From the NCBI GenBank assembly GCA_964604195.1, contig CAZRXW010000001.1, positions 2,358 through 66,357 on the forward strand: DNA of 64,000 nucleotides, given 5' to 3'. Origin of the DNA: an uncultured Bdellovibrionales bacterium (lineage in GTDB: Bacteria > Patescibacteriota > Minisyncoccia > Moranbacterales > UBA1568). A program made the position numbers and the translations under genes. The notes under the pieces are model-generated. The model was not told the origin of the DNA. It saw nothing but the letters and a program-made list of their open reading frames with translations, and did no database searches. The first letter of the stretch is position 1; each line of letters begins with the position of its first letter. Shown here piece by piece: positions 56,580 to 64,000 of this stretch.

Positions 56580-57902
56580 ATGCTTGATATCCAATATATC
56601 CGTGACCACGTTGATGAGGTGAAACAGGCCGTTAAAAATAAGCGGCTGACTCTGGATGTAGATACACTCTTGGCAGCTGATCAAGATCGACGCAAGCTTC
56701 TTCAAGAAATTGAGGAACTCCAATCACTCAAAAATGATATCAATGACCTTATTCATGGCGCCAAGACGCCTGAAGAGCGAACTGAAGTAATTGCCAAGGG
56801 CAAAGAAATCAAAGCCAAGCTTGATGAACGCGAGCCGCTTCTTTTGGCCGCTAAAGCCAAATTTGAGGGACTCATGGTCCAGGTGCCGACAGTGCCATCA
56901 TCTGATACACCAGTGGGGGCGAGTGATGCTGATAATGTTGAGATAGGGAAATATGGCGAGCTGCCGCAGTTTGCTTTCTCTCCCAAGACTCATATCGAAC
57001 TCGGAAAAGATTTGGATATTCTTGATTTGGAGCGAGGAGCTAAGGTATCGGGGTATCGGGGTTATTACGTGAAGAATGAAGGAGTACTCCTCATCATGGG
57101 GGTCATGCTTTATGCGGTGCAGAAATTGGTATCCAAAGGATATCTCCCGATGATTCCACCGACTCTCGTGAAAGGTTTTCCACTTTTTGGTTCAGGGTAT
57201 TTCAAGGGACTTTCTTATGATAGTTCTATTGATGAAATTTATGAGGTAGCTACTCATGACAAAGAAAGTGATGGCAGTGTGAGTAAGGAAGAAAAATTTC
57301 TCGTAGGGACAGCTGAACCATCACTCCTCGCATACTACAGCGGTGAAGTATTGGATGGTGCGAAACTTCCTCTGCGATTGGCTGGCTACAGTCAATGCTA
57401 TCGGAGTGAAATCGGTAGTTATGGCAAAGATACCAAGGGCATGTATCGGGTGCATGAATTTATGAAGGTAGAGCAGGTAATTTTGGCCCCTGCTGATCGA
57501 GAGCTTGCCACACGGCTTCAGGATGAGATGATAGCTATTTCCGAGGAAATGCATCGAGAACTCGGCCTTCCGTATCGCAAAATCCAAATTTGTACCGGCG
57601 ATATGAGTGCTGGGAAATACCGAGCCTTTGATCTCGAAGCCTGGATGCCAGGTATGAACCGCTATGGTGAGACGGGGTCGGCCAGTAACTTTCTTGATTG
57701 GCAATCACGCCGCCTCAATGTGAAATATACTGATCCCGAGACGGGCGAGAAGAAATACGTTTATATGCTCAATAATACTGCTCTCCCGAGCCCACGCATT
57801 TTCATTGCGTTGCTCGAAAACTATCAGCAGGCTGATGGGAGTATTCTGGTACCCGAGGTACTGCGGCCTTTTGTTGGAAAGGAGAGAATTGAGAAAAAAT
57901 AA
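56580..57902 (+). CDS. serS: serine--tRNA ligase
   Basis: N-terminal coiled-coil tRNA-binding arm. Class II motifs (…FRSE-like YRSEIGSYGKDTKGMYRVHEF; motif 3 GSASNF…). Confidence 0.9.
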   Translation: MLDIQYIRDHVDEVKQAVKNKRLTLDVDTLLAADQDRRKLLQEIEELQSLKNDINDLIHGAKTPEERTEVIAKGKEIKAKLDEREPLLLAAKAKFEGLMVQVPTVPSSDTPVGASDADNVEIGKYGELPQFAFSPKTHIELGKDLDILDLERGAKVSGYRGYYVKNEGVLLIMGVMLYAVQKLVSKGYLPMIPPTLVKGFPLFGSGYFKGLSYDSSIDEIYEVATHDKESDGSVSKEEKFLVGTAEPSLLAYYSGEVLDGAKLPLRLAGYSQCYRSEIGSYGKDTKGMYRVHEFMKVEQVILAPADRELATRLQDEMIAISEEMHRELGLPYRKIQICTGDMSAGKYRAFDLEAWMPGMNRYGETGSASNFLDWQSRRLNVKYTDPETGEKKYVYMLNNTALPSPRIFIALLENYQQADGSILVPEVLRPFVGKERIEKK

Positions 57903-57973
57903 AAGATGAACGGTCTTGTCTTCGGGGCTTGCCGTCTCTCCTTTTTTATTGTAGGTTAAGGATTGTATTAGAT

Positions 57974-58049
57974 GGGTGCGTAGCTCAGTCGGTAGAGCAG
58001 TGGCCTTTTAAGCCAACGGTCGAGGGTTCGATTCCCCCCGCACCCACCA
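57974..58049 (+). tRNA. tRNA-Lys (anticodon TTT), CCA encoded
   Basis: Acceptor GGGTGCG/CGCACCC; D arm GCTC-AGTCGGTA-GAGC; anticodon loop CTTTTAA; T loop TTCGATT; 3' ACCA. Confidence 0.8.
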
Positions 58050-58069
58050 TACTTATTTTTTGAAATGAG

Positions 58070-58130
58070 CTTTTAAGCCAACGGTCGAGGGTTTCCGTCC
58101 GAAGGAGGACGCTTCCCCCCCGCACCCACC
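58070..58130 (+). other. partial duplicate of tRNA-Lys 3' half with 22-nt hairpin insertion (tRNA fragment / att-like remnant)
   Basis: CTTTTAAGCCAACGGTCGAGGGTT (identical to 58005-58028) + TCCGTCCGAAGGAGGACGCTTC + CCCCCCCGCACCCACC (identical to the tRNA 3' end); no 5' half present. Confidence 0.5.
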
Positions 58131-58170
58131 CTTATCTCCTCATGGTATACTAGAGGAAAGTCAAAAATGT

Positions 58171-59304
58171 ATGCGTATACTTTCTTTAGGTGGCCTCTTG
58201 TTTTCGTTTGTAGTTTTATCTGGTTGTTCACTTACTCCACCTCAAATTGGTGGTGGGGGAAATAATAACGATGGTACCCGTAACCCTTTTCAGGCCAAGG
58301 CTATCCCGGGATCAATTTGGCGTTCTACCGATGGTGGAAAAACGTTCGAACCAAAAGTGACTGTTGATGAGAAACGTAAAATTACTTCAGCCCAGGTACT
58401 GGATATCTCATTTCTGCTCCGAGATACTTCGGGGAATCTTGATGTGAAGCGTGCGCCAAGTGTATTTGTGGGAACAGTAGATAATGGGATCTTTAAATCC
58501 AACGATAGTGGAGAAGGATGGGAACCTCGCGAATTTCCTCCCAAAAAAGTCTATCGTTTCACAGCTGACTCCACCAATCCTGATCGTATGTTTGCAACAG
58601 GTGTGGTTGCTAATTTTGGCAAGGTTTTTCGGACAAAAGATGGTGGTGAGACATGGCAAGATGTTTACACTGAGCCAGGCGCAGGGACAGTTATTGTTTC
58701 ACTAGCGCAGTCCCGCTGGGATTCAGAAACTATTTTTATTGGAACGAGTACGGGGACTATTGTGCGCAGTAGTGATGGTGGTGATACCTGGAAAAATGTT
58801 GGGAGTGGTATTGATGGTCCCATTACGGAGATAGTATTTGATGCCTCTGTGAGAACTCGCTTATATGCACTGGTCTTTGATAAGAAGATCTATCGCTCAG
58901 ATGATGGGGGATTGACATGGACTGATCCGCTTCTTGAAGTGAAGGATCCTATTCCGACAGCTACCAATGTGATTGGTCAGGTATCGCTCGTAGCGGACCC
59001 ATATCACTCGGGTCGTCTCTATGTAGGGACCAAAAAAGGTCTCTACCGGAGTACGGATACCGGTATACATTGGGAGAAGATGAATATTATTGAAAGTGCT
59101 GAGAAGTTTCCTATTAGGGCGATTGCCATTAATCCCAAGAATTCCAACGAAATCAGTTTTGTGTCTGGACATACTTTCTATAAGTCAACCAATAGTGGTG
59201 ATACATGGTCAGTAGTGCCACTGGATGTTGACAGGGAGGTGTCGGTACTCGCTTATGACCCTTTTGATCCGACGGTGCTTTATCTGGGACTCCGTAAATT
59301 CTAA
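58171..59304 (+). CDS. lipoprotein with BNR/Asp-box repeat beta-propeller (Ycf48/sialidase-like)
   Basis: Lipobox LSGC at signal peptide end. At least 6 S/T-x-D-G-G-x-T-W repeats (STDGGKTF, TKDGGETWQ, SSDGGDTWK, SDDGGLTWT, STDTGIHWE, STNSGDTWS). Confidence 0.65.
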   Translation: MRILSLGGLLFSFVVLSGCSLTPPQIGGGGNNNDGTRNPFQAKAIPGSIWRSTDGGKTFEPKVTVDEKRKITSAQVLDISFLLRDTSGNLDVKRAPSVFVGTVDNGIFKSNDSGEGWEPREFPPKKVYRFTADSTNPDRMFATGVVANFGKVFRTKDGGETWQDVYTEPGAGTVIVSLAQSRWDSETIFIGTSTGTIVRSSDGGDTWKNVGSGIDGPITEIVFDASVRTRLYALVFDKKIYRSDDGGLTWTDPLLEVKDPIPTATNVIGQVSLVADPYHSGRLYVGTKKGLYRSTDTGIHWEKMNIIESAEKFPIRAIAINPKNSNEISFVSGHTFYKSTNSGDTWSVVPLDVDREVSVLAYDPFDPTVLYLGLRKF

Positions 59305-59329
59305 ATTCTGTATTTAATGAAAAACCTAT

Positions 59330-59887
59330 ATGGCTCAAGCAATGATTGAAGCAAAGCGTGGAGATTTTGATAAGGCAGTGGGCTTCCTTGAGGGAGAGCT
59401 TCTTAAACTCCGTACCGGCAGAGCCCATCCAGGACTCGTTGAGGATCTCCTGGTTGATTACTATGGCACCATGACGCCTATCAAACAGATGGCGAGTGTC
59501 TCGGTGCCTGAGCCACGTCAAATCCTCATCTCACCGTGGGACAAAGGGGCATTAGCTAAAATTGAGGCGACAATTAGGGAGTCTGATCTGGGTCTCAATC
59601 CGCTCAATGATGGGGTAGGGGTCCGGGTAGTTCTTCCAGCTCTCACAGAAGAACGGCGCAAGGATCTTGTGAAGGTGCTCAATACTAAGGCTGAAGAGGC
59701 TCGTATTGCTATTCGTTCAGTGCGTGAAGATATCTGGAAAGATATTCAGGAGGCTGAACAAAATGGCGAAATGGGTGAGGATGAGAAATTTCGCGGAAAA
59801 GAAGATTTGCAGAAGGTTGTTGATGAATACAATGCTCGGATTGAGGGGTTGCGCGACAAGAAGGAACAAGAAATCATGACTGTCTAA
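59330..59887 (+). CDS. frr: ribosome recycling factor
   Basis: 185 aa; L.TGRAHP.L...LLVDYYG..TP..Q.A.VSVPEPR.I.I.PWDK typical Frr. Confidence 0.9.
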   Translation: MAQAMIEAKRGDFDKAVGFLEGELLKLRTGRAHPGLVEDLLVDYYGTMTPIKQMASVSVPEPRQILISPWDKGALAKIEATIRESDLGLNPLNDGVGVRVVLPALTEERRKDLVKVLNTKAEEARIAIRSVREDIWKDIQEAEQNGEMGEDEKFRGKEDLQKVVDEYNARIEGLRDKKEQEIMTV

Positions 59888-59892
59888 CGCGT

Positions 59893-61041
59893 ATGTTGAC
59901 CGCTATTGTCTTTATTCTCATTCTTGGGGTACTTATTTTTGTCCATGAGCTCGGGCATTTTCTCACGGCCAGGCGAAATGGTATCAAGGCCGAAGAGTTT
60001 GGTTTCGGCTTCCCCCCAAGAGTATTTGGATTCGTGTTCGATGACTTTACCAAGAAGTATCGCTGGGTGAAGGGGAATGAAAATGTCGAAAGTCCCCATA
60101 CGGTTTTTTCGCTGAACTGGATTCCGCTTGGTGGCTTTGTTCGTATCAAGGGTGAAGATCGTGAGAGTGAAACAGCCAATGATCCAGATAGCTTTGTGAA
60201 TAAAAGTGCCTGGGTTCGCTTCAAGGTGCTCGTGGCTGGTGTTGTCATGAATTTTTTCTTGGCGTGGATTCTCTTTTCGGCGGTGCTCATGCTCGGGTTT
60301 CCAGAACAGATTAATCCTGCTGATCGGGGAGAGTACGCCGTGACTCAGGTGCAGATTTTGCAGATACAGCCAGGTACTCCAGCCGAGACTATGGGGCTTT
60401 TAGCTGGTGATGTGTTGCTCCAGCTTGATACTACAGCGGTCAAGAATCTTGGTATTGTGACTGAATATATTGCTGCCCATAAAGGAAAAGAAATTGCTGT
60501 TACTGTAAAACGAGGAGACAAGACGCTTGTCTTTACAGGGGTGCCGCGAATGGAAGCTCCTCAGGGTGAGGGAGCACTGGGGATTAGTTTTTCAGAAACA
60601 GCTATCGTCAGGTATTCATTCTTTGAAGCCATCTGGAAAGGGCTAGAACAAACCTATCTCAAGACAACTGAGATACTTATGGTGTTGGCTCAGACAGTCG
60701 GCAGTCTCTTTACTGGATCAAAGGCGAGTGTAGATATTGCTGGACCGGTAGGTATCGTCTATCTCACCAAGCAGATGACCGAGCTTGGTCTCGTGTATCT
60801 CCTCTATTTTGCAGCGATTCTTTCTATCAATCTGGGGATCATCAATGCACTTCCTATCCCAGCCCTTGATGGTGGTCGTATCTTGTTTGTGCTCATCGAA
60901 AAGCTCAAGGGTTCACCAGTATCTCAAAAAGTGGAGGGGTATGTTCATCAAATTGGCTTCATGCTCCTTCTGTTCTTGATGCTTTGGGTAACATTTTACG
61001 ATATTCTTCGTTTTGATATCTTTGGCAAATTCTTTGGTTAG
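59893..61041 (+). CDS. rseP: RIP metalloprotease RseP (site-2 protease) with PDZ domain
   Basis: HELGHF zinc motif in TM1, internal PDZ (GLLAGDVLLQLD), C-terminal LDGG motif. Confidence 0.85.
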   Translation: MLTAIVFILILGVLIFVHELGHFLTARRNGIKAEEFGFGFPPRVFGFVFDDFTKKYRWVKGNENVESPHTVFSLNWIPLGGFVRIKGEDRESETANDPDSFVNKSAWVRFKVLVAGVVMNFFLAWILFSAVLMLGFPEQINPADRGEYAVTQVQILQIQPGTPAETMGLLAGDVLLQLDTTAVKNLGIVTEYIAAHKGKEIAVTVKRGDKTLVFTGVPRMEAPQGEGALGISFSETAIVRYSFFEAIWKGLEQTYLKTTEILMVLAQTVGSLFTGSKASVDIAGPVGIVYLTKQMTELGLVYLLYFAAILSINLGIINALPIPALDGGRILFVLIEKLKGSPVSQKVEGYVHQIGFMLLLFLMLWVTFYDILRFDIFGKFFG

Positions 61042-61118
61042 AATATGGCTTATTTTAGCCAAAAATAGAGATATAAAGTCTTTCTACCTTCCCCCTATCG
61101 ATAGCTTCGGTGGGGGGA

Positions 61119-61147
61119 TTGACTTTTTATCAAAATTTTGCTATTAT
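61119..61147 (+). promoter_or_regulatory. sigma70-like promoter TTGACT-N17-TATTAT
   Basis: -35 TTGACT 61119-61124, 17-nt spacer, -10 TATTAT 61142-61147, preceded by a TCCCCC...GGGGGA hairpin; SD GGAG then ATG 61176. Confidence 0.45.
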
Positions 61148-61175
61148 CATAAGTCAGTTTTAATTGGAGCCAATT

Positions 61176-61799
61176 ATGCCATCAATTGATTTTTTGCGTA
61201 TTTTGAGCGAGAAAAAAGGGAGCTTGCTCTTGGCGGGTATTTTTTTCGCCGCATCAGCCTTCTTTGCCGTAACGATTCTTTCTCCTCGAGTCAAAACAAC
61301 GACTGATTTTATGGTAGTGCAGACTACGGCTCAGTCACAGGATTTTTATTCCCTGTTTAAATCCTCTGAGTATCTTGGCCGAGTATTGGCCCAAGCTATT
61401 GGGAGTGAGCGTTTTATTGATGCCGTTATTGAAACCGGTAAAGTCGAGAAAGGATTTCTTCCAGTAGAAAAAAGTGAGCGACTCAAGACTTGGCGTGAAA
61501 TGGTTACGGTAAAAAGCGATGCTGAGCTCGGGATGATGTCGGTGGTGATCAAGGCTGATACCGATCGTGAAGCTGGAAAGATTATGCAGGCAGTATCAGA
61601 GGTGCTGACGACCAAGAATGCTGCATTCCGAGGTGGTGATGAAAAGGCGGTAGAAATTAGAGTGCTGTCTGGTCCTATTACTGAACGGAACCCGGAACCC
61701 AAAGAACTTATTCTCGTTATTATGGTTGCTTTTATGAGTGGTGTAGCCCTCATGACAACACTACGAGTAGTGCAGAAAGCTATTAAGAGGGGATACTAA
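61176..61799 (+). CDS. hypothetical 2-TM protein (possible Wzz/polysaccharide co-polymerase-like topology)
   Basis: TM near each terminus flanking a ~150-aa soluble region. ATG 61176 with SD (the track's 61164 is an upstream TTG). Confidence 0.4.
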   Translation: MPSIDFLRILSEKKGSLLLAGIFFAASAFFAVTILSPRVKTTTDFMVVQTTAQSQDFYSLFKSSEYLGRVLAQAIGSERFIDAVIETGKVEKGFLPVEKSERLKTWREMVTVKSDAELGMMSVVIKADTDREAGKIMQAVSEVLTTKNAAFRGGDEKAVEIRVLSGPITERNPEPKELILVIMVAFMSGVALMTTLRVVQKAIKRGY

Positions 61800-61917
61800 G
61801 AGAGCGCTGCTCTCTCCTCTCGAGAGACTCTGAAGGTTCAGGTTTTCTCGAGAGGAAAGATTCGACCAAGTACCTAAAAATCCTACTTATCTTCAATCTT
61901 ATCAATGGAGGTCTCTC

Positions 61918-62763
61918 ATGAGGCTTGCTCCCTGGATACTGAGCTTGGCTATCGCTCTGCTTACGGGTTGTTCTTCTTTGCCACGTGATAGTGGCTTCGA
62001 AGTGCGGACCGTCGAGCCGATGGGTCGCCAAGATCCCTGGCAGAACCGTGCGATCAACCTCGCGCCGTTCACGCCGAAGGGTGTGGCAGTTCTCTATGTC
62101 CGGCTCCCGCAGCCGATACCGAGTTTCTGGCGACAGGAATTCGTCGACCCGGCACGGGTGTACGAAACGACCGAGGCAGGCCGCAAGGTTCGCCAACCGC
62201 TCGTACGAGAAGTCTTCCGGGCCATCGTCATGAGGAATGGGGTGACTCAAACTCATGACGCCGTGGTGGACCGCGAAGGTCGAGGGTTCCTCGTCTTCGC
62301 GCTGCTTACCGTAGCCGACACACTTCCGGGCCAGTCGCTCCTCATCCTGTCTTCGGACGGGAAATGGGGTATGACGAGCCTGGGAGAGCGTGTCGAGTTT
62401 CCTTCGGGTTTCGACCCGCGGGCAGTTCCCAGTGACTTCTTCGTCCAGCACCGCTCACCGATTACGCAAGTAATTCGGCTCGAGCCGGCAAAGGACGAGT
62501 ACGCCCGGCGTGTCCTTGATGGTCTTGCGCAAAGTTTCCCCAAGCTGTTCTGGCTGAGGGGGAAAGACGAATCCTATGCCGGGAAACCGGATGTGGCCGA
62601 TGTCCTTGCGCAATTCACCTCCCTCGAGGGAGTAGCTGACAAACTGCTCACCTGTACCAGTCTCAAGGCTGGTCCGGCGACGGCAGCAGCGCTCCCACTC
62701 GTCGCGACGCTCTACGGCATCCAAGCCGTGCGAGCGCTCAGCGTTGATGACTGCCTGAAATAA
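61918..62763 (+). CDS. hypothetical lipoprotein, GC-rich (~62% GC)
   Basis: Signal peptide with lipobox LTGC. Strongly elevated GC/GC3 versus the rest of the window. No motif recognised. Confidence 0.55.
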   Translation: MRLAPWILSLAIALLTGCSSLPRDSGFEVRTVEPMGRQDPWQNRAINLAPFTPKGVAVLYVRLPQPIPSFWRQEFVDPARVYETTEAGRKVRQPLVREVFRAIVMRNGVTQTHDAVVDREGRGFLVFALLTVADTLPGQSLLILSSDGKWGMTSLGERVEFPSGFDPRAVPSDFFVQHRSPITQVIRLEPAKDEYARRVLDGLAQSFPKLFWLRGKDESYAGKPDVADVLAQFTSLEGVADKLLTCTSLKAGPATAAALPLVATLYGIQAVRALSVDDCLK

Positions 62764-62899
62764 GGCAGAGAAAGGAGTCCGCTCATATGAGCAGCTCAAC
62801 TGTTTCAACCCGTTACCGGGACGAAGCGTGGGCTGCTCCTTGTGGCCCACCTTTGCTCCTGGATTCTTCAACTGAACCCATGCCCGAAGGAGGCACCAA

Positions 62900-64000
62900 A
62901 TGAAGTCAACTTCAAGAGTGGCAGCAGCAGCGGCCACACTCATCAACCCGCGAACGGTGATGCCTCTGGCAGCTATCGTTGCAGCGAGTCTCTTGGCAAC
63001 CTTCACCCAGGTGGTGAAGAGTGCTGGGCAGACAGCTTCAGCAGCCGCCAGTACTCCAGCCGTTCAGGCGTCGGCACCAGCTCGGGCAGCGAGTGCTCCG
63101 GCAGTTGCCGCGAGCACACCGCAGCCCCGGGCTCCGAAGCCTGCAGCGGTGACTACCACCGCTACCTCGACCGATGTCTACTATCTGACCCCCGGCAGTT
63201 CGCTGTCGGCAGCCTTCGGCAAGGGGTGGAAGAAGGTGTGTGACGCCAGTCACCTCCGCCAATGCGGAATCGTCCGACCGACGGATCCGCTGAGTGTTCC
63301 TGCCGACGTGAAAATCGTCGACGGGACCAAGCTGCGGGCGAAGCCAGCGGCTCAAGTAGCGGTCAAGCGTGCAGTGTCCAGGGACGCAAGTCCTCAAGCA
63401 ACGCGCGTTGTCCGCCGGGCAGTGATGCGGGAGCAATCCTGCATTACGCTCGGAGTGGCGCCGTGGAATCCTGATGGAGACCTCGCGCGTACTTTGGCGG
63501 GCATCGACCAGATGCAATCGCTGACGCCTGAGCAAAAGGCGCTGGTGAAGACCAAGGTCAAGGCTGGTGAATGGACGACGGAAAACGAGCTCGTTGGGAC
63601 GCAAGTCTTCGGCGAAATGCTCTACGCGGGTGCTCATTCAGGCAAAGCCCAATCTGTCCGTGGCAAGCCGCTCTGCACACCTGAACAAGGTGGGCAACCG
63701 GAAGTCATGAACACGATCGATCTGGGAGATGGGGTTCATTTCTCCCTCCCACGTCGGTGCAAGAACCCGAGCGTGTTCACACGCCCGATCGTTCCGCAAC
63801 CGCGACAGCCTGAACCCGAGTCGCCACCGCCAGACCAGCCACCGCCACCGCCAGACCAGCCACCGCCACCGCCAGACCAGCCCACAACTCCTCCAGTCGT
63901 GGCAGCCCCTCGGGGTATGTGCGACTTCGTCGATGTGGCCGGGGCACTGGGTCAACACCATGTGCCACGCCAGAACGGTGACAAGGCTAGCTCAGACTTT
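62900..64000 (+). CDS. secreted Ala/Pro-rich protein with C-terminal PPPPPDQ tandem repeats; GC-rich, 3' end beyond window
   Basis: ATG 62900 with strong SD GAAGGAGG 7 nt upstream. Frame (phase 2) is open to the window end; it is absent from the ORF track because no stop lies in the window. Signal peptide, then Ala/Ser/Pro-rich low-complexity region, several Cys, PPPDQ repeats. Confidence 0.5.
   Translation, partial: MKSTSRVAAAAATLINPRTVMPLAAIVAASLLATFTQVVKSAGQTASAAASTPAVQASAPARAASAPAVAASTPQPRAPKPAAVTTTATSTDVYYLTPGSSLSAAFGKGWKKVCDASHLRQCGIVRPTDPLSVPADVKIVDGTKLRAKPAAQVAVKRAVSRDASPQATRVVRRAVMREQSCITLGVAPWNPDGDLARTLAGIDQMQSLTPEQKALVKTKVKAGEWTTENELVGTQVFGEMLYAGAHSGKAQSVRGKPLCTPEQGGQPEVMNTIDLGDGVHFSLPRRCKNPSVFTRPIVPQPRQPEPESPPPDQPPPPPDQPPPPPDQPTTPPVVAAPRGMCDFVDVAGALGQHHVPRQNGDKASSDF
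63824..63880 (+). repeat. tandem 21-nt repeat (CCACCGCCACCGCCAGACCAG, 2 full + 1 partial unit) encoding (PPPPPDQ)n
   Basis: Direct reading of 63824-63880; also produces the WRWRW periodicity seen in the spurious minus-strand ORFs here. Confidence 0.7.

Noticed and set aside
62842-63243. 133-aa + strand ORF from the track
   Set aside because: A different + frame (phase 2, ATG 62900 with SD GAAGGAGG) is open to the window end and encodes a coherent signal-peptide protein. The track omits it only because it lacks an in-window stop.
1-64000. CRISPR arrays, diversity-generating retroelements, integrases or transposases
   Set aside because: No periodically spaced direct repeats with unique spacers, no reverse-transcriptase motifs (YxDD), no integrase or transposase-like ORFs and no long terminal inverted repeats were found on reading both strands.

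Overview
This looks like a low-GC (about 45%) chromosomal segment of a reduced-genome bacterium, most consistent with a Patescibacteria/CPR-type organism. Essentially all genes are on the + strand, intergenic spacers are small, the envelope cluster includes MurJ, DUF4012, GT4 and rhamnose (rml) genes, and translational start codons are frequently GTG or TTG. The only convincing minus-strand gene is a class A PBP.

Content from start to end:
- pheT 3' part.
- An RNase P RNA gene with a GIY-YIG ORF inside it.
- An O-antigen-type sugar phosphotransferase.
- A secreted M23 peptidase.
- A Cys-rich small protein, a PurD-like ATP-grasp enzyme, a polytopic membrane protein and a two-component system.
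- aspS.
- rmlC and rmlB.
- An inserted five-gene block (S51 peptidase, MBL hydrolase, MazG, a PaaX-like protein and NUDIX).
- Frameshifted rmlD, glyA, rmlA, galU, GT4, DUF4012, murJ and lepA.
- trxA, yjbQ, mltG, dnaJ, a REC protein, recJ, rnhA and a MacAB-like efflux set.
- PBP1A (minus strand), NUDIX, an ABC-F protein, mreBCD, PBP2, greA and lysS.
- tRNA-Val.
- A fused ABC exporter.
- A GC-rich DUF4406 plus Rieske-like pair.
- serS and tRNA-Lys.
- A BNR lipoprotein, frr and rseP.
- A GC-rich lipoprotein and a secreted proline-repeat protein that runs off the window.

No CRISPR array, reverse transcriptase, integrase or transposase was recognised.

Most notable observations:
- The RNase P RNA is about 700 nt instead of about 350-400 nt, because a complete GIY-YIG ORF sits in the loop of a duplicated terminal hairpin.
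- Three single- or two-gene compositional islands have high GC and high GC3 (an M23/CARDB peptidase; DUF4406 plus a Rieske-like oxygenase; a lipoprotein plus a PPPPPDQ-repeat secreted protein). These suggest acquisition from a high-GC donor, possibly an actinobacterial host or actinophage.
- Both tRNA genes are followed by partial direct copies of their own 3' ends.
- rmlD carries homopolymer-associated frameshift(s).
- A short motif, CGTGAGTACTTG, recurs around a membrane-anchored PaaX-like regulator gene.
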